A stretch of DNA of 64,000 bases from positions 128,001-192,000 of the forward strand of contig BK006935.2 in assembly GCA_000146045.2 (NCBI GenBank), read 5' to 3'. Below the pieces are notes generated by a model, which searched no databases, was not told the origin of the DNA, and was given only the letters and a program-made list of their open reading frames with translations. Positions 47,136 through 58,835 of this stretch are shown in pieces (the first letter of the stretch is position 1; every line of letters begins with the position of its first letter). This stretch comes from TPA_inf: Saccharomyces. Lineage: Eukaryota. A program made the position numbers and the translations under genes.

Positions 47136-48236
47136 GGTATAGTCTTACCAGGAAAATGGGTAGTGCTTATGTGTGTTTTGTCCTTCCTCGAGCCTCCAAG
47201 TAGAAGATATACCTTTTGTGAGGCAGATCTCCCGTATACAAAAATAACAGCAAGAAAAGCGGAAAGACCATCGCAAGGTGGAAAGGATTATAATGGCACA
47301 GCAAAGTCCGCACAGAGCACTACAGTATAGCATAGAGTGCTAATGAGTTGATAGGCCCAATTTTGATTATGCCTCTTTTCCATACACGACGCCAGAGGAC
47401 ATTATTACATTACAGTAGTTCGCCGCTAGATGACAAACGACATCCTTACCGATATGAGATGTGCAAAGCTACATAATGGCAACAAGCGTTATGAACAGCC
47501 TTGTCTTTACGACCACAGAAAAGCCGTATTAGAGCTCTTCAGCTGCAAAATTTTCTTCTAATATGATGCAAAGCCATCAAAAATCATGCATAGTTATGAA
47601 ATACCTGATGAAACGCTTCGAGTTCGTGCTCAAGAAATTACTGAAAGGTTACCGAGAAGAAAAATATCTATGAGACACGATAAGGCCCCTTCTGAATCCA
47701 TTGTCCTGGGCTTGTTCATTCTATTTACCACTTAAAATTGATCCTTTCAAAGGAATTTTTTTCTATTTCCAATAGTATATTTGTACAAAAACTACAAAAA
47801 TGGATAAAAAATAACAGTAATTTGTGACTACTGTAAATATCACTGATTTGGATTTTGTAATGAGTACTGCTCATGCCCATGCCGATGCAAGTGGATCATA
47901 AATTTTACTAAACGATATTCGATAATGCGCCAAGCCTTTATAAGGAACTCAAAATAACCCATATGGACAGTTTCAGAAGGCCAAATAACGATCAAGGACA
48001 TTCACTCATGTTTTTCAAAGGCGAAGAGTGTAAAATTTTCTTCTATATAGTTCGAATATTTTATCTTATAAATTTCAGTCGTCATTTTCCACATTCGAAC
48101 TCAAATAATGATAAAGAACGCTGCAGTAATGGCTTAAAAAAACATACTTTATAACCCATTATCTCTTACGTGTAATTTAAAATTGTTTATAGTACTATTT
48201 GGTTATGCTTGTATGCCTCTATTATTTACTTGATCT

Positions 48237-48247
48237 TTTTATGTTTT
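48237..48247 (+). other. Exact ARS consensus sequence (TTTTATGTTTT), probable core of ARS110
   Basis: 11/11 match to WTTTAYRTTTW in an AT-rich intergenic stretch between CDC15 and PAU7. Confidence 0.35.
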
Positions 48248-48654
48248 CTTATGATTGAATTATTTATATTCTAAATTCCTCACGAATTTATACTGAAGAT
48301 TTCCTTCCAGGCGAGAATAATAAACACATATTTATGATGATAACAAGACGAACGTGTATTAAGCTCCCAGTACGAGGGAAGCAGTAAAAATTATCCCAAG
48401 ATCCATTTAAAATGGATAACTCCACGAGCTACAACAAAATACTAAGGGAATAGGCCGTTATTTCCGTAAAGGATGGTTTAATAATAAGAAATTTATAATA
48501 TTAATAATACATATATACAAAAATTTATATTTATATACATGCGCCTAACTATTCATACTATTAATTTCATATTATTAAGCTTTTTTTTTTTCATTTATCA
48601 TTTTTTTTCGTAACCTCTCATACCTGTACAGGTTTCATTCGTAAAGCAGGGACT

Positions 48655-48855
48655 CTAGTTTGCGATAGTGTAGATACCGTCTACGGATAGAGCACTAGAG
48701 ATAGCTGGCTTTAATCTGCTGGAGTACCATGGAACACCAGTGATAACTCTGGTAACTTGGTCGGCGGGAATACCAGTCAACATGGTGGTGAAATCACCGT
48801 AGTTGAAAACAGCTTCTGCAATTTCAACTGGATAAGTTTCAGTTGGGTGAGCAGC
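48655..48855 (-). pseudogene. Dead 3' two-thirds of the seripauperin reading frame downstream of the PAU7 premature stop
   Basis: Continues in frame as [66 protein letters not shown], the conserved PAU C-terminus. Confidence 0.75.
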
Positions 48856-49023
48856 TTAGAAAGAGTAGTATTCAGCCAAATGAGCTCTGATATCGGAAAC
48901 ATAAACACCTAATTCAACCAAATTAACTCTTTCGTCAGATTGAGATAATGTAGTGGTTGCTGCGGCGGAGGCACCAGCAGCAATGGCGGCGACACCGGCA
49001 GCGATTGAAGTTAATTTGACCAT
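48856..49023 (-). CDS. PAU7: Truncated seripauperin, 55 aa, ended by a CAA>TAA nonsense codon
   Basis: Minus ATG at 49021-49023; [55 protein letters not shown] then TAA where paralogues have Q. Confidence 0.85.
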   Translation of the reverse strand: MVKLTSIAAGVAAIAAGASAAATTTLSQSDERVNLVELGVYVSDIRAHLAEYYSF

Positions 49024-51280
49024 TGTATTTGTTGTTTTTTGGGTTATTGCTTAGTGATGATATAGGCTTAACTGGAAGGAAAAGAACAGAGAAATGTCTC
49101 AAACAAAGCTGATCAAGCCGCTGTATTTATATGAAACTTTGAACAACTACATCTGCACACATGGGCTCTTACTGGTCGCCCATCTCACACTCATGCCTTC
49201 CACATTCCACTTAGCGACTAAGTCATTATTACTATGGGGACGGGTTGTTCTTGAACGATGCTATACTTCGTATAGGAAGCCGTTTTTTTATGCCCCATCC
49301 TTTCATATGTTCCATAGCACAAGAATGTTCTCTACAGGAAAAGTGCCTATAGGGCTGCAGCTGCAGTTTTGGCCAAGAAATAGAACCAAAGCCAAATTTA
49401 TTTTGGGCCCTCGTTCAAGGGCCATCTCACCCTTGGCACTAAACGGTTAGTAGGAGGGAAATCGGACTTTTCCCAAATTAGAAACAATGAAAAATTAAGT
49501 GTGAGCTCTTAGAGTCGCATCTGCAGGAATATGCACACAAAAAGGGGAGCTGTACGTAAATAATCAGACCACACAAACTATTGCCAACCATTTGATACTC
49601 ACGCTAGATATGATGGGGGTTCTTGTTTGGACAACACAAGTCTCAGAGCCAGCGTAGATATGCTTGTACATAAATGACGACTGGGGCATCAATTGAATCG
49701 GGTTACATTGTGCGAGCTATTACATGAAGAGAATATGCCTTTAGGGTAATTTCCAAATGTAGGAAGTCTCGCTAAGTAGGGCGCCCAAATCTGTATAGCG
49801 ATGTTGTTGAGGCCATATAGTAAAATGACGTGCCAATTACCGAGCTTTTGATGGAGGTAAAATCTAAGATTAATCTTGCGCCTTGAAACCACTAGAAATG
49901 AAAGGAATTGGTGAAAAAATAATCGCGCAATAGATGACATGGAACGACAGAAGTCTTGTATTGTGCACGAATCCGCAATATTCAAAGCCGAAGTTCATAT
50001 ACGAATGCGAACTATTTCTTAGGGTAGCTCTCTGTATGGGCCGCCATAAATTAGTACCAAAAGATAGGTTTTTGAAAAGGCTACAATGTGCTTTTTTCCT
50101 TCTTGCTTTCGAGTCCGGTGAACAGAATATTACGACGTCCTTGTATTAAGAGCCAGACCTCCTGTTAGCGTCACTATAAGAGTAAGTCTGAAATACGCAA
50201 CAACTACAGTGCAATGAAAAAGTGCTCAACTCAATGACAATAAACAATTTAACCATGGCAGGTTAAAATATTACTGCGATCAGTAAAAATGGGGATATCA
50301 CCTTTTGACACATAACATAGCAATAAAGTAACAGATCATTAGTGATCGGACAACCTGAACCAACGATATAATGTCGAAGCCACCACTACCTTTAAGATTA
50401 GTAGCGCTGCAGGGGGAGACAATGAGAGAAATTTCCCGCCACATGAACTGAGTCAGGAGTTTTTTTTTTCTTGCTGGAGAATCATTTAATTTCATGGTTA
50501 AACTCCTCTATAAGCATCCCATTCTCCCATGCCTGAAAACACTTTTGTCCATTCGATCCTCATGCAGCCCTCGTTAATATGCTAAAATGGCTCATTAAAT
50601 TGTAGATTGTATCGTTCGAGAAACGTCAGGCATGATAGATGTTGCAATCACAGGACATTGATTATTTAATCCTGCTCTCAACATGTTCAATAAGTTGAAG
50701 AGTTGCTGATCTCCCCGTATATCTTATGAACCAAAGCATGGTGGGTGAATGTTATGGTTATCCTTGTTGAAAAATGATTGATAGACTGGATTGAGCGGAA
50801 AAACATGGGTCAATATGCTGATCTTGACATTTTTCAAAATCCACGGGGGATCAAATCAACTTCTTATAGCGTATGACCTCTTTTACATTGTTTAATGATG
50901 TTAAGATTGCGATATTATAGTCAGTTAAGTTACTCAAACGCACAGATTTAATAGAAAACTGCGTCTTCGTTGCCTAGTCGATCATAATAAATTCGCAGAT
51001 TATTTCGAATTTGATCTCCTTCGAAATCAAGTTTATTCTCTTCACAACAAAAAATGCTTTTAACTTGAACAAAACTCGTAAACTATTTCCCCACTGTTGC
51101 TTCGGGACGACCCAGTTATTCAATATCTTGCAATGCTAATTTTTTTTGGGAGAGCAGTTGCAAATATTGCAAACACATCTAAAGCGTACCCACAATTTAT
51201 GACTTCCTGGAGCCCAGAACAGCCCAAAAAAAAAAAGATGCGTTCTTTTTATACCAATATATTAGATACGTAAACTCTAC

Positions 51281-51820
51281 TCATATTGCAGGTATGCCCA
51301 CATCTGGATATTGACTTTGCCAATATTCCCGCACAGCATGGGCTTGAATTTCGGCTGCTTTAAAGAGGCACCACTTTACGGTTGGTTCAACATCAGAATT
51401 TTGAGTTGCAGCCTGATTTTCTGGAACACTGATGAACGGCTGTGTATTCGCTGTATCCCACTGTACATCAGGATATTTTCCCTTTATGAGATCCTTGAAA
51501 AATTCATAGCACTGGTGTTCACAAAAAAAGTGGTATGGTGTTTTCCATAAGCCAGCCTTGAACAAATATTGATTCATGTTATACGTTATGGTTTTCCATT
51601 CTTTCCCAGCTATCGATGGTCTATGAGTTATTACCTCTAGTAGAAGTTTTGTACGGAATGTTTCATTACTTATTGGTCTACTGAATGACCATATCTGAAG
51701 GACTACCATAGAGCCACCTAAACATATCCGGATCACCATGGCAGGGGAGAGAACACCAGAAAACCAAATGTTTGTTAAAGTCGCCAAAATCGTCAAGACA
51801 AAAAGGAGGAAATTGATCAT
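51281..51820 (-). CDS. YAR023C: DUP240-family membrane protein as annotated from an internal Met (179 aa); family homology continues upstream without an ATG
   Basis: ORF-track 51281..52099 (track start is TTG); only in-frame ATG gives MINFLLFVLTILATL... at 51820; upstream ADIVLPEDEFASYQSYLLYEIVRAKYI aligns to the conserved DUP240 N-terminus. Confidence 0.7.
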   Translation of the reverse strand: MINFLLFVLTILATLTNIWFSGVLSPAMVIRICLGGSMVVLQIWSFSRPISNETFRTKLLLEVITHRPSIAGKEWKTITYNMNQYLFKAGLWKTPYHFFCEHQCYEFFKDLIKGKYPDVQWDTANTQPFISVPENQAATQNSDVEPTVKWCLFKAAEIQAHAVREYWQSQYPDVGIPAI

Positions 51821-53140
51821 TATATACTTGGCGCGTACAATTTCGTAAAGCAAATAACTCTGGTATGATGCAAACTCATCCTCTGGAAGGACGATATCAG
51901 CTGAGATTAAAGGACTTTCAGGGTTGTCAGGAGATCCTTCCCTCAATGGGATTGCTTTAGGATCGTCCGTGACATGAGTGTTTTTTTTAAATAAGATTGC
52001 ATGTTTAACAAACGATTTAACTTGCTTTTGCTTACAAGTCAAGTAAACCTTATCCTGATAGCTTAGGAAAAATAGACTTGAATGTGTCGAACATTTCAAA
52101 CCTCAATTGGTATTTTCCTTTTTTTCAACTGTACGTACATAGCTTTTCGCTTTCTTTAGCGCCCCCAGATGAAAGTATATATCGTAACAAGGATGGGAAC
52201 ATGAAAGGTACTGAAAAAACATCTGTATTTATTAAAAGTAAATCAAAAGCAGACTGGGAAGTTCTGTCGTAGGGATTTTTTTTTTAATGTTATGTGTGTA
52301 GGATTATTCTATTTCCTTGAATTTCTCGATCGAGATTTTTCGTACCTGTGTATTTTTGGATATAAGAGTGTTTCTGATCTATTGAGTGAGCAGGTCTCCA
52401 GCGGAATATAGAGTAGATTGAATATGGAAGAGGACTACATTAAGGCTTATTGTTAGTTAGTTACTGTTAGGACGCTTCGGCGAGCTGATGTCTGACTTCT
52501 CGTTGTATCAAAGAGCTCCCAATACGCCAGCGCATTTAAACTATGATCACGGAATGCTGGATTAGTAGTATAGCAAAAGTAACACTTGTCCACCGCAGAC
52601 TCCATCACTTAGTCAACACCTTGGGTGTTTTACCGCTGATAATGGCCGTAAAATCGCCAGATATATATCATCATTGTTCTTCGCGAATAATACGTAACAC
52701 AGTCTCTTTTCGAAATTTAGATGAGGACCATAGGCATGACTTATTTACTGAGATGTCCCTGCGTTAAAACTTTTACTGGCCGATTGCTAACTTTATATTT
52801 GTTAATAAAACTATTCACGCCTGTGTCCTAATTGTTGGATAATACCTAAACAATAACGATGTTGTATAGCTAAGAGGACGACCAGACAAAAAGTTATAAA
52901 CTTTACCCTCGTTGAAAATGGGGCAGCCACCTATGAATCACTTCCCATTACAATGCCGAATAGCAAAATATGTAGTAGAACACGTACACGCATGATAATT
53001 ACTTCCATGCTGTACTTATTTTTTGGGTGTCTCTTCAGAAAGAATGCTTTATATAACCATGTGTTTGAATTAGCGATCAGCTAATAACAAGTCAGTGTCC
53101 AAATAGTTAAAACATTGTGACCCAAATATCACAAATAAGT

Positions 53141-53254
53141 GGTTGTTTGGCCGAGCGGTCTAAGGCGCCTGATTCAAGAAATATCTTGACCGCAGTGAAC
53201 TGTGGGAATACTCAGGTATCGTAAGATGCAAGAGTTCGAATCTCTTAGCAACCA
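53141..53254 (+). tRNA. tL(CAA)A: tRNA-Leu (anticodon CAA) with intron (about 53178-53209)
   Basis: GGTTGTTTGGCCGAGCGGTCTAAGGCGCCTGATTCAAG[intron]...GGTATCGTAAGATGCAAGAGTTCGAATCTCTTAGCAACCA. Confidence 0.9.
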
Positions 53255-54521
53255 TTATTTTTTCTTTTTCCTCCTATACTTCATAATCTACGTAGGAATG
53301 AAAGTACCAACATTATACCAATGAGGGTGTGTTTCGTGGATGCATATACTCTGAAGATAAAAACAAACTCAAGTCCGCTTCCTACGGTTTGAGTATTTCT
53401 TACCACTACATAATAAAGAATATTACGTTAACTGTAAAATCAAGTAGACTTGGAAAATACAACGAGAACACTTTCCTGATTCTGCATCAGCGTTTTCTTA
53501 TCACCAGCTGTACTTCTACATTAGCTAACTCTCCTTTCTATAAAGGGCGTCTTTCACTTCACTTGTGCCATGTTACAAAGCTCCAAACGCACTTCTAACT
53601 GAGTACAATGCACGATCCCACTGACAGACAAAACAGCTTCACAGAATTTGATCATGCCATCGTAAAAACCACGTAGTAAGGAATAAAAAATCCCGAAGTC
53701 GATCATACTATGTAGAGATGTACATGAATAGTCTAGGAATCTGGTCTTCCAGCATGTTGCTTTGGTCTGCTTCAAGCGCTATGGAAGCGCTCGCCATGAG
53801 ATATGCTGTTTCAAGGCAAAATAGCAAAGCTCTTTGTAAAGAAATACAATTCAGAGAAGAAGCTACAGCATTTTGTTTCTGGATGATCCCTGCAGGTTCA
53901 TACTACTAAGTAAATCTTGAACAGTTCAAATTTCAACAATTCAGAAACCGCTCTTTTTATATATACTCTACCAAACGAGATGAAACAGCATTTTTTTACT
54001 CTTATAAGGTACCAATATTTTGACGTATGCTTTCTTTAACGTTCACGATCGGGCTGGGCCATTAAACTTACCTTAGATATTATTTGGAACAGCACCGCAA
54101 GTGCTGATGTCCCAGAAATGGGCGCCGGTTCAATTAGGTCGTGAAGTCAGACATATGGAGACTCTCGGACTGAAAGCACTAAGGGATGATAGCTGGCATG
54201 CCAATTCCATTTTAAATTTACACATCAAGTTACAGGGTTTGGGAAAATCACGTTCAAAGCCTGAAAATTTGAGGTTGTTCACGGAAATCATTTGGTTATG
54301 TCTGTCGGCCTGCTATTTAGAGACATTTTTTATTGCAACAACCTACTCTATGCACTTACACGGAATCGCAGAATAACGCGCGCACAACACAATTGGGAAA
54401 CGATAGGATTTTGAATAGTGTATTGCTTTGTACCGATTTAAATAATTCTTTCTCGTGTTGAATCCGAGTTGAAGATGAGTATGCTTTGAAGAGGTGAAAT
54501 ATCATCAGTAAAAAAAAATAA

Positions 54522-54603
54522 CGACAACTGCAGGACTCGAACCTGCGCGGGCAAAGCCCAAAAGATTTCTAATCTTTCGCCTTAACCACTCGGCCAAGTT
54601 GCC
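54522..54603 (-). tRNA. tS(AGA)A: tRNA-Ser (anticodon AGA)
   Basis: Reverse complement reads GGCAACTTGGCCGAGTGGTTAAGGCGAAAGATTAGAAATCTTTTGGGCTTTGCCCGCGCAGGTTCGAGTCCTGCAGTTGTCG. Confidence 0.9.
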
Positions 54604-54619
54604 AAAATTGTATGTTATT

Positions 54620-54959
54620 TGTTGTATCTCAAAATGAGATATGTCAGTATGACAATACGTCACCCTGAACGTTCATAAAACACATATGAAACAACCTTAT
54701 AACAAAACGAACAACATGAGACAAAACCCGACCTTCCCTAGCTGAACTACCCAAAGTATAAATGCCTGAACAATTAGTTTAGATCCGAGATTCCGCGCTT
54801 CCACCACTTAGTATGATTCATATTTTATATAATATATAAGATAAGTAACATTCCGTGAATTAATCTGATAAACTGTTTTGACAACTGGTTACTTCCCTAA
54901 GACTGTTTATATTAGGATTGTCAAGACACTCCGGTATTACTCGAGCCCGTAATACAACA
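54620..54959 (+). repeat. Intact solo sigma element (Ty3 LTR, 340 bp) with TTATT target-site duplication, 16 bp upstream of the tS(AGA)A 5' end
   Basis: TGTTGTATCTCAAAATGAGATATGTCAGTATGACAATACGTCACC...GAGCCCGTAATACAACA; TSD ttatt at 54615-54619 and 54960-54964. Confidence 0.85.
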
Positions 54960-55088
54960 TTATTTTCAGTGATAAAATATGTAAACCAATTATAAGAAAA
55001 AGGATTGCGTTGCATCACAACTGTAAACCATTAATTAAAAAGAGCAATTGCTATTTAGATTTGTTGCTGAGAATTGGCTAAAAAATCT

Positions 55089-55140
55089 GATAATTGTAGG
55101 ACTTCTATTATTGCTAGGGGCAATGTGTTGGAATGCAATT
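55089..55140 (-). repeat. Short inverted delta-end fragment abutting the next delta
   Basis: tgagaattggctaaaaaatctgataattgtaggac resembles reverse-complemented delta 3' end (tgagaaatgggtgaatgttgagataattgttggga). Confidence 0.3.
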
Positions 55141-55142
55141 CT

Positions 55143-55474
55143 GTTGGAATAAAAATCCACTATCGTCTATCAACTAATAGTTATATTATCAATATATTAT
55201 CATATACGGTGTAGAGATGATGGCATAAGGTATGAAAAGCTGTCATCGAAGTTAGAGGAAGCTGAAGTGTAAGGATTGATAATGCAATAGGATAATGAAA
55301 CATATAAAACGGAATGAGGAATAATCGTAAGATTGGTATATAGAAATATAGACTCCATTATGGGGATTCCTAGACCCTCGAGGAGAACCTTCAAGTATAT
55401 TCTGTATACCTAATATTATAGCCTTTATCAACAATGGAATCCCAACAATTATCTCAAAATTCCCCCAATTCTCA
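55143..55474 (+). repeat. Diverged solo delta (Ty1/Ty2 LTR), about 332 bp
   Basis: tgttggaataaaaatccactatcgtctatcaactaatag...tatcatatacggtgtagagatgatggc...cctcgaggagaacc...aattatctcaaaattcccccaattctca. Confidence 0.8.
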
Positions 55475-55769
55475 ACATCCGACTGCCATGCAATGTGCTT
55501 TTCTGGATCTCACTCATGATCATAATGGCCCTGTAAAAGGCTCGCACTATTATTATTATATCTTCACTATATATTATTTCGGAGGCTGTACCTATCAGTG
55601 AAAAAACGCCTCTAAAAATGAAAAAAAAAAAGAATATGAAAGGGGTTCTGAATTGCTAAAATATTTCGTCAAAGCTCAATTAGTATCATGATCAAGTCGT
55701 AATTCGAATCAGCATAACAACCTCCAAAACCATATAATAACCTTACACAAGACAAGATATCAATTCAAC

Positions 55770-56477
55770 ATGCAAACCCCTTCAGAAAATACCGACGTCA
55801 AGTTGGATACTCTCGACGAACCCAGTGCACATTTAATCGAGGAAAATGTGGCTCTTCCAGAGGATACATTCAATTCGTACTGGAGTTATATACTTAATGA
55901 AATCGCTCGTTGTAAACCGCTAATGATTATGTTCCTAATACCTGTGTGTTTGGTTTTATTGATTACGTTTTTTCATGATATCAAAGGTATCCTTGTGTTT
56001 TTAGTGATTTCTCTTATCCTCTCTATTATCATTTTATTGATCGGTATAACTGCCTTCGTGTCTGAGACCTTGAATAAGGGTTTCATAATTAAGCTTTTAG
56101 TAGAAGTCATTACACGTAAACCAGCAGTAGGGGGGAAGGAATGGAGAATAATCGCATATAATATGAACCAGTATCTGTTTGACCATGGGATATGGCATAC
56201 TCCGTATTACTTTTTTTGTGAACATAGGTGCCATAAATTTTTCAAAAGCCTTATCAAACAGACAAGGTCGAATGCACATTTGAGTTCACCAACGAACGGT
56301 GCAGAGAATACGCAGTCAAACACACCAGCAAAAGAGGTTTCAAATGAGATGGTAAAACCTTATATCTTTAGTTCTGATCCAGTTTTAGAAGCTTACCTTA
56401 TTAAAGCTGCGGAAATTCACAAAGAAGCTGAATTTGAGTATTGGAGAAAGCAATACCCAGAGGTTGATTTGCCTTAG
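55770..56477 (+). CDS. UIP3: DUP240-family membrane protein (Ulp1-interacting), 235 aa
   Basis: ORF 55770..56477 (+) [32 protein letters not shown]...; two hydrophobic segments. Confidence 0.9.
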
Positions 56478-56891
56478 GGCCGAATTTTTGGTATTTATCT
56501 AGTATATTCTAATATAAAATGTACGAGCATCATTAACTTCAAGAACATTACGAAGCCCGCAATTAAGTGTCAGTCCATCTGGGTGTAAAAGTTATGTACG
56601 CTCGAAACAAATTTTATGTAGTTTACTTTAGATGCAAATGCTATTATATATTTTGCTTTATGATCCTCGGCTTGATGCTCGCCAACGTGAGATAGCTGGT
56701 CATCACAATAGATCAGCCGGGACGCTTTTCGATCACATCGAATCCCTTCGGGACGTTGCAACAATACGTGAAAAATGCCTCAAAAATAATAAATACAATG
56801 GTGAACAACGTTAAAAAAGCATAAAACAGCTGGCTATTTTGATCAGGATAACATCTATAAGTGCCATATTAAGGCAAGATATCAATTGACC

Positions 56892-57596
56892 ATGCAAACA
56901 CCTTCAGAAAATACCGACGTAAAGATGGATACTCTCGACGAACCCAGTGCACATTTAATCGAAGAGAATGTAGCTCTTCCCGAAGACACATTCAGTTCAC
57001 ATCTGAGTTATGTACTTTATGAAATTGCTCATTGTAAACCGATCATGTTTATGATCATCATAATCGTGAGTTTGATCTCATTGATTGTGCTTTTTCATGA
57101 TAACGACGGGTGCACTGTGATCTTAGTGATGTCCCTTATAGTAGCCTCCATGGCTTTAATGGTGGTTGCAGCATTCACATTCGGGAAAGCGATCACTGAA
57201 CAGGAGTTCATGATAAAGCTTTTAGTGGAGGTGATCGCACGCAAGCCTGCGGGGAAGGAATGGGGTACTGTCGCATATAATATGAACCAATATCTATTCA
57301 TGAAGAGACTATGGTATACCCCGTACTATTTCTATAGCGGCAAGAAGTGCCATGAGTTCTTCACCACTCTTATCAAGGAAGTGAATTCTGGTTCGCACTC
57401 GGATTCCTCATCGAATAGTGCCGAGGATACACAATCACCTGTCTCAGCAGGGAAGACTTCAAATGGTCTAAACAACTTTTATAGTATTAGATCAGACCCT
57501 ATTTTGATGGCATATGTTTTGAAGGCAACACAAATAGAAAAGGAGGCTCAAAGTGAATACTGGAGAAAGCAATATCCTGACGCTGATTTACCTTGA
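56892..57596 (+). CDS. YAR028W: DUP240-family membrane protein, 234 aa
   Basis: ORF 56886..57596; conserved start [18 protein letters not shown] at ATG 56892; about 60% identity to UIP3. Confidence 0.85.
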   Translation: MQTPSENTDVKMDTLDEPSAHLIEENVALPEDTFSSHLSYVLYEIAHCKPIMFMIIIIVSLISLIVLFHDNDGCTVILVMSLIVASMALMVVAAFTFGKAITEQEFMIKLLVEVIARKPAGKEWGTVAYNMNQYLFMKRLWYTPYYFYSGKKCHEFFTTLIKEVNSGSHSDSSSNSAEDTQSPVSAGKTSNGLNNFYSIRSDPILMAYVLKATQIEKEAQSEYWRKQYPDADLP

Positions 57597-57967
57597 AGCG
57601 GAAGCATTTTATTCACCAAGTATACTTACTTTTCTTTAAAACGAGAACAAGAATCGAATTCAAGAACATCTCGAAGCCAGAATTGAGCATCATATATTCG
57701 AGCTGTACAAACATCATGGCCTACAACTATCGTATTTGTAAGTTTTTTTAGAGGTTTTCATATTTGTTTAATAAGGGTTCTGTCAGTTTTTGTCACATTC
57801 TATTGTTGCGCTTCGCATAATGCAGCCAAGAAAATCCAAACAATAGAAAAAGAAAAAAAGGATCTCAAAAAGGGTTTGGTGTTGTAGTTATAAGAATAAC
57901 TAGTGAATAAAAAAGCTGTTGTTTGGTCCGTATTACATTCGTCAAAAATTTAGTACTCAAATCGTGT

Positions 57968-58545
57968 ATGCAATCGCAACCACAAAATAAAAATATTAGA
58001 CTGGATGTGTTGAGTGGAGATGGTGCCAATTTAGTTGAGGGAAATGTGGTCCTTCCCAAAGACATGTTCAATTCGTACTTAAGTTATTCACTTTACGTGT
58101 TACGAGGGGGCTCATTGTAAGCCGATAATGATTATGTTCCTGGCATCTGTAATTTTGATTTCACTGACTAATTTCCGAGTATACCATCTCATGTCCCTTC
58201 TATCCTCTTTTTTCATCTCCGGGACAGACCGACAATAAAGCATCTAATATTAGGCTTTCGTTAGAGGTAAGCACACGCCAGCGTTCGGTGAAAGGGGAAT
58301 GAAACATTATCACGTACAAGATGAATAAATATCTATTTGACCATAAAATATGGAGTACTCCTTACTACTTTTATTGCGAAGAAGATTGCCACCGTCTTTT
58401 TCTAAGTTTTATTGAGGGAAGAACTTTCGAGAAGCCAACAAGCAACGCTGAGGAAAATGTACAGGAGACTGAAGCTGGCGAATCTTTCACATTAAATCCC
58501 GGAGAAGATTTTCAAAATTGCTTTCCAAGACAGCGGATATTGTAG
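57968..58545 (+). pseudogene. YAR029W: Degenerate DUP240 copy with multiple frameshifts and stops; its last intact frame is the 74-aa ORF YAR029W (58321..58545)
   Basis: MQSQPQNKNIRLDVLSGDGANLVEGNVVLPKDMFNSYLSYSLYVL then frame breaks; KPIMIMFLASVILISL, ...KMNKYLFDHKIWSTPYYFYCEEDCHRLFLSFIEGRTFEK in other frames. Confidence 0.75.
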
Positions 58546-58835
58546 AACAATCTCAAGTGAAGTATTGGCAAGATATTGGTGCAATTATTTGAAAGGAAGG
58601 AGAAATATTCTGACAGTACCTTGCTAGCAAAGGGATTTACCAATCCACTGACGCTAAAATGGGGTAGTAAATTAGATAAATTGCATTCTAACGTGACTTT
58701 ATATAGTGGGAAACAGATATGTAGCACACAAAACGGCATGATTATGCTTAATTGATTCCTATTTTTTAACGTAAATACTCTCCCAGAACGATCAGAAAAC
58801 TTAACCCGCAACCATCTTTGCTGTGCTAACAACTT

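Noticed and set aside
49094-49450. 118-aa plus-strand ORF in the PAU7 promoter region
   Set aside because: No recognisable domains, an odd composition, and a position in the divergent upstream region of a minus-strand gene. It was treated as non-coding, though the region is flagged for transcript mapping.
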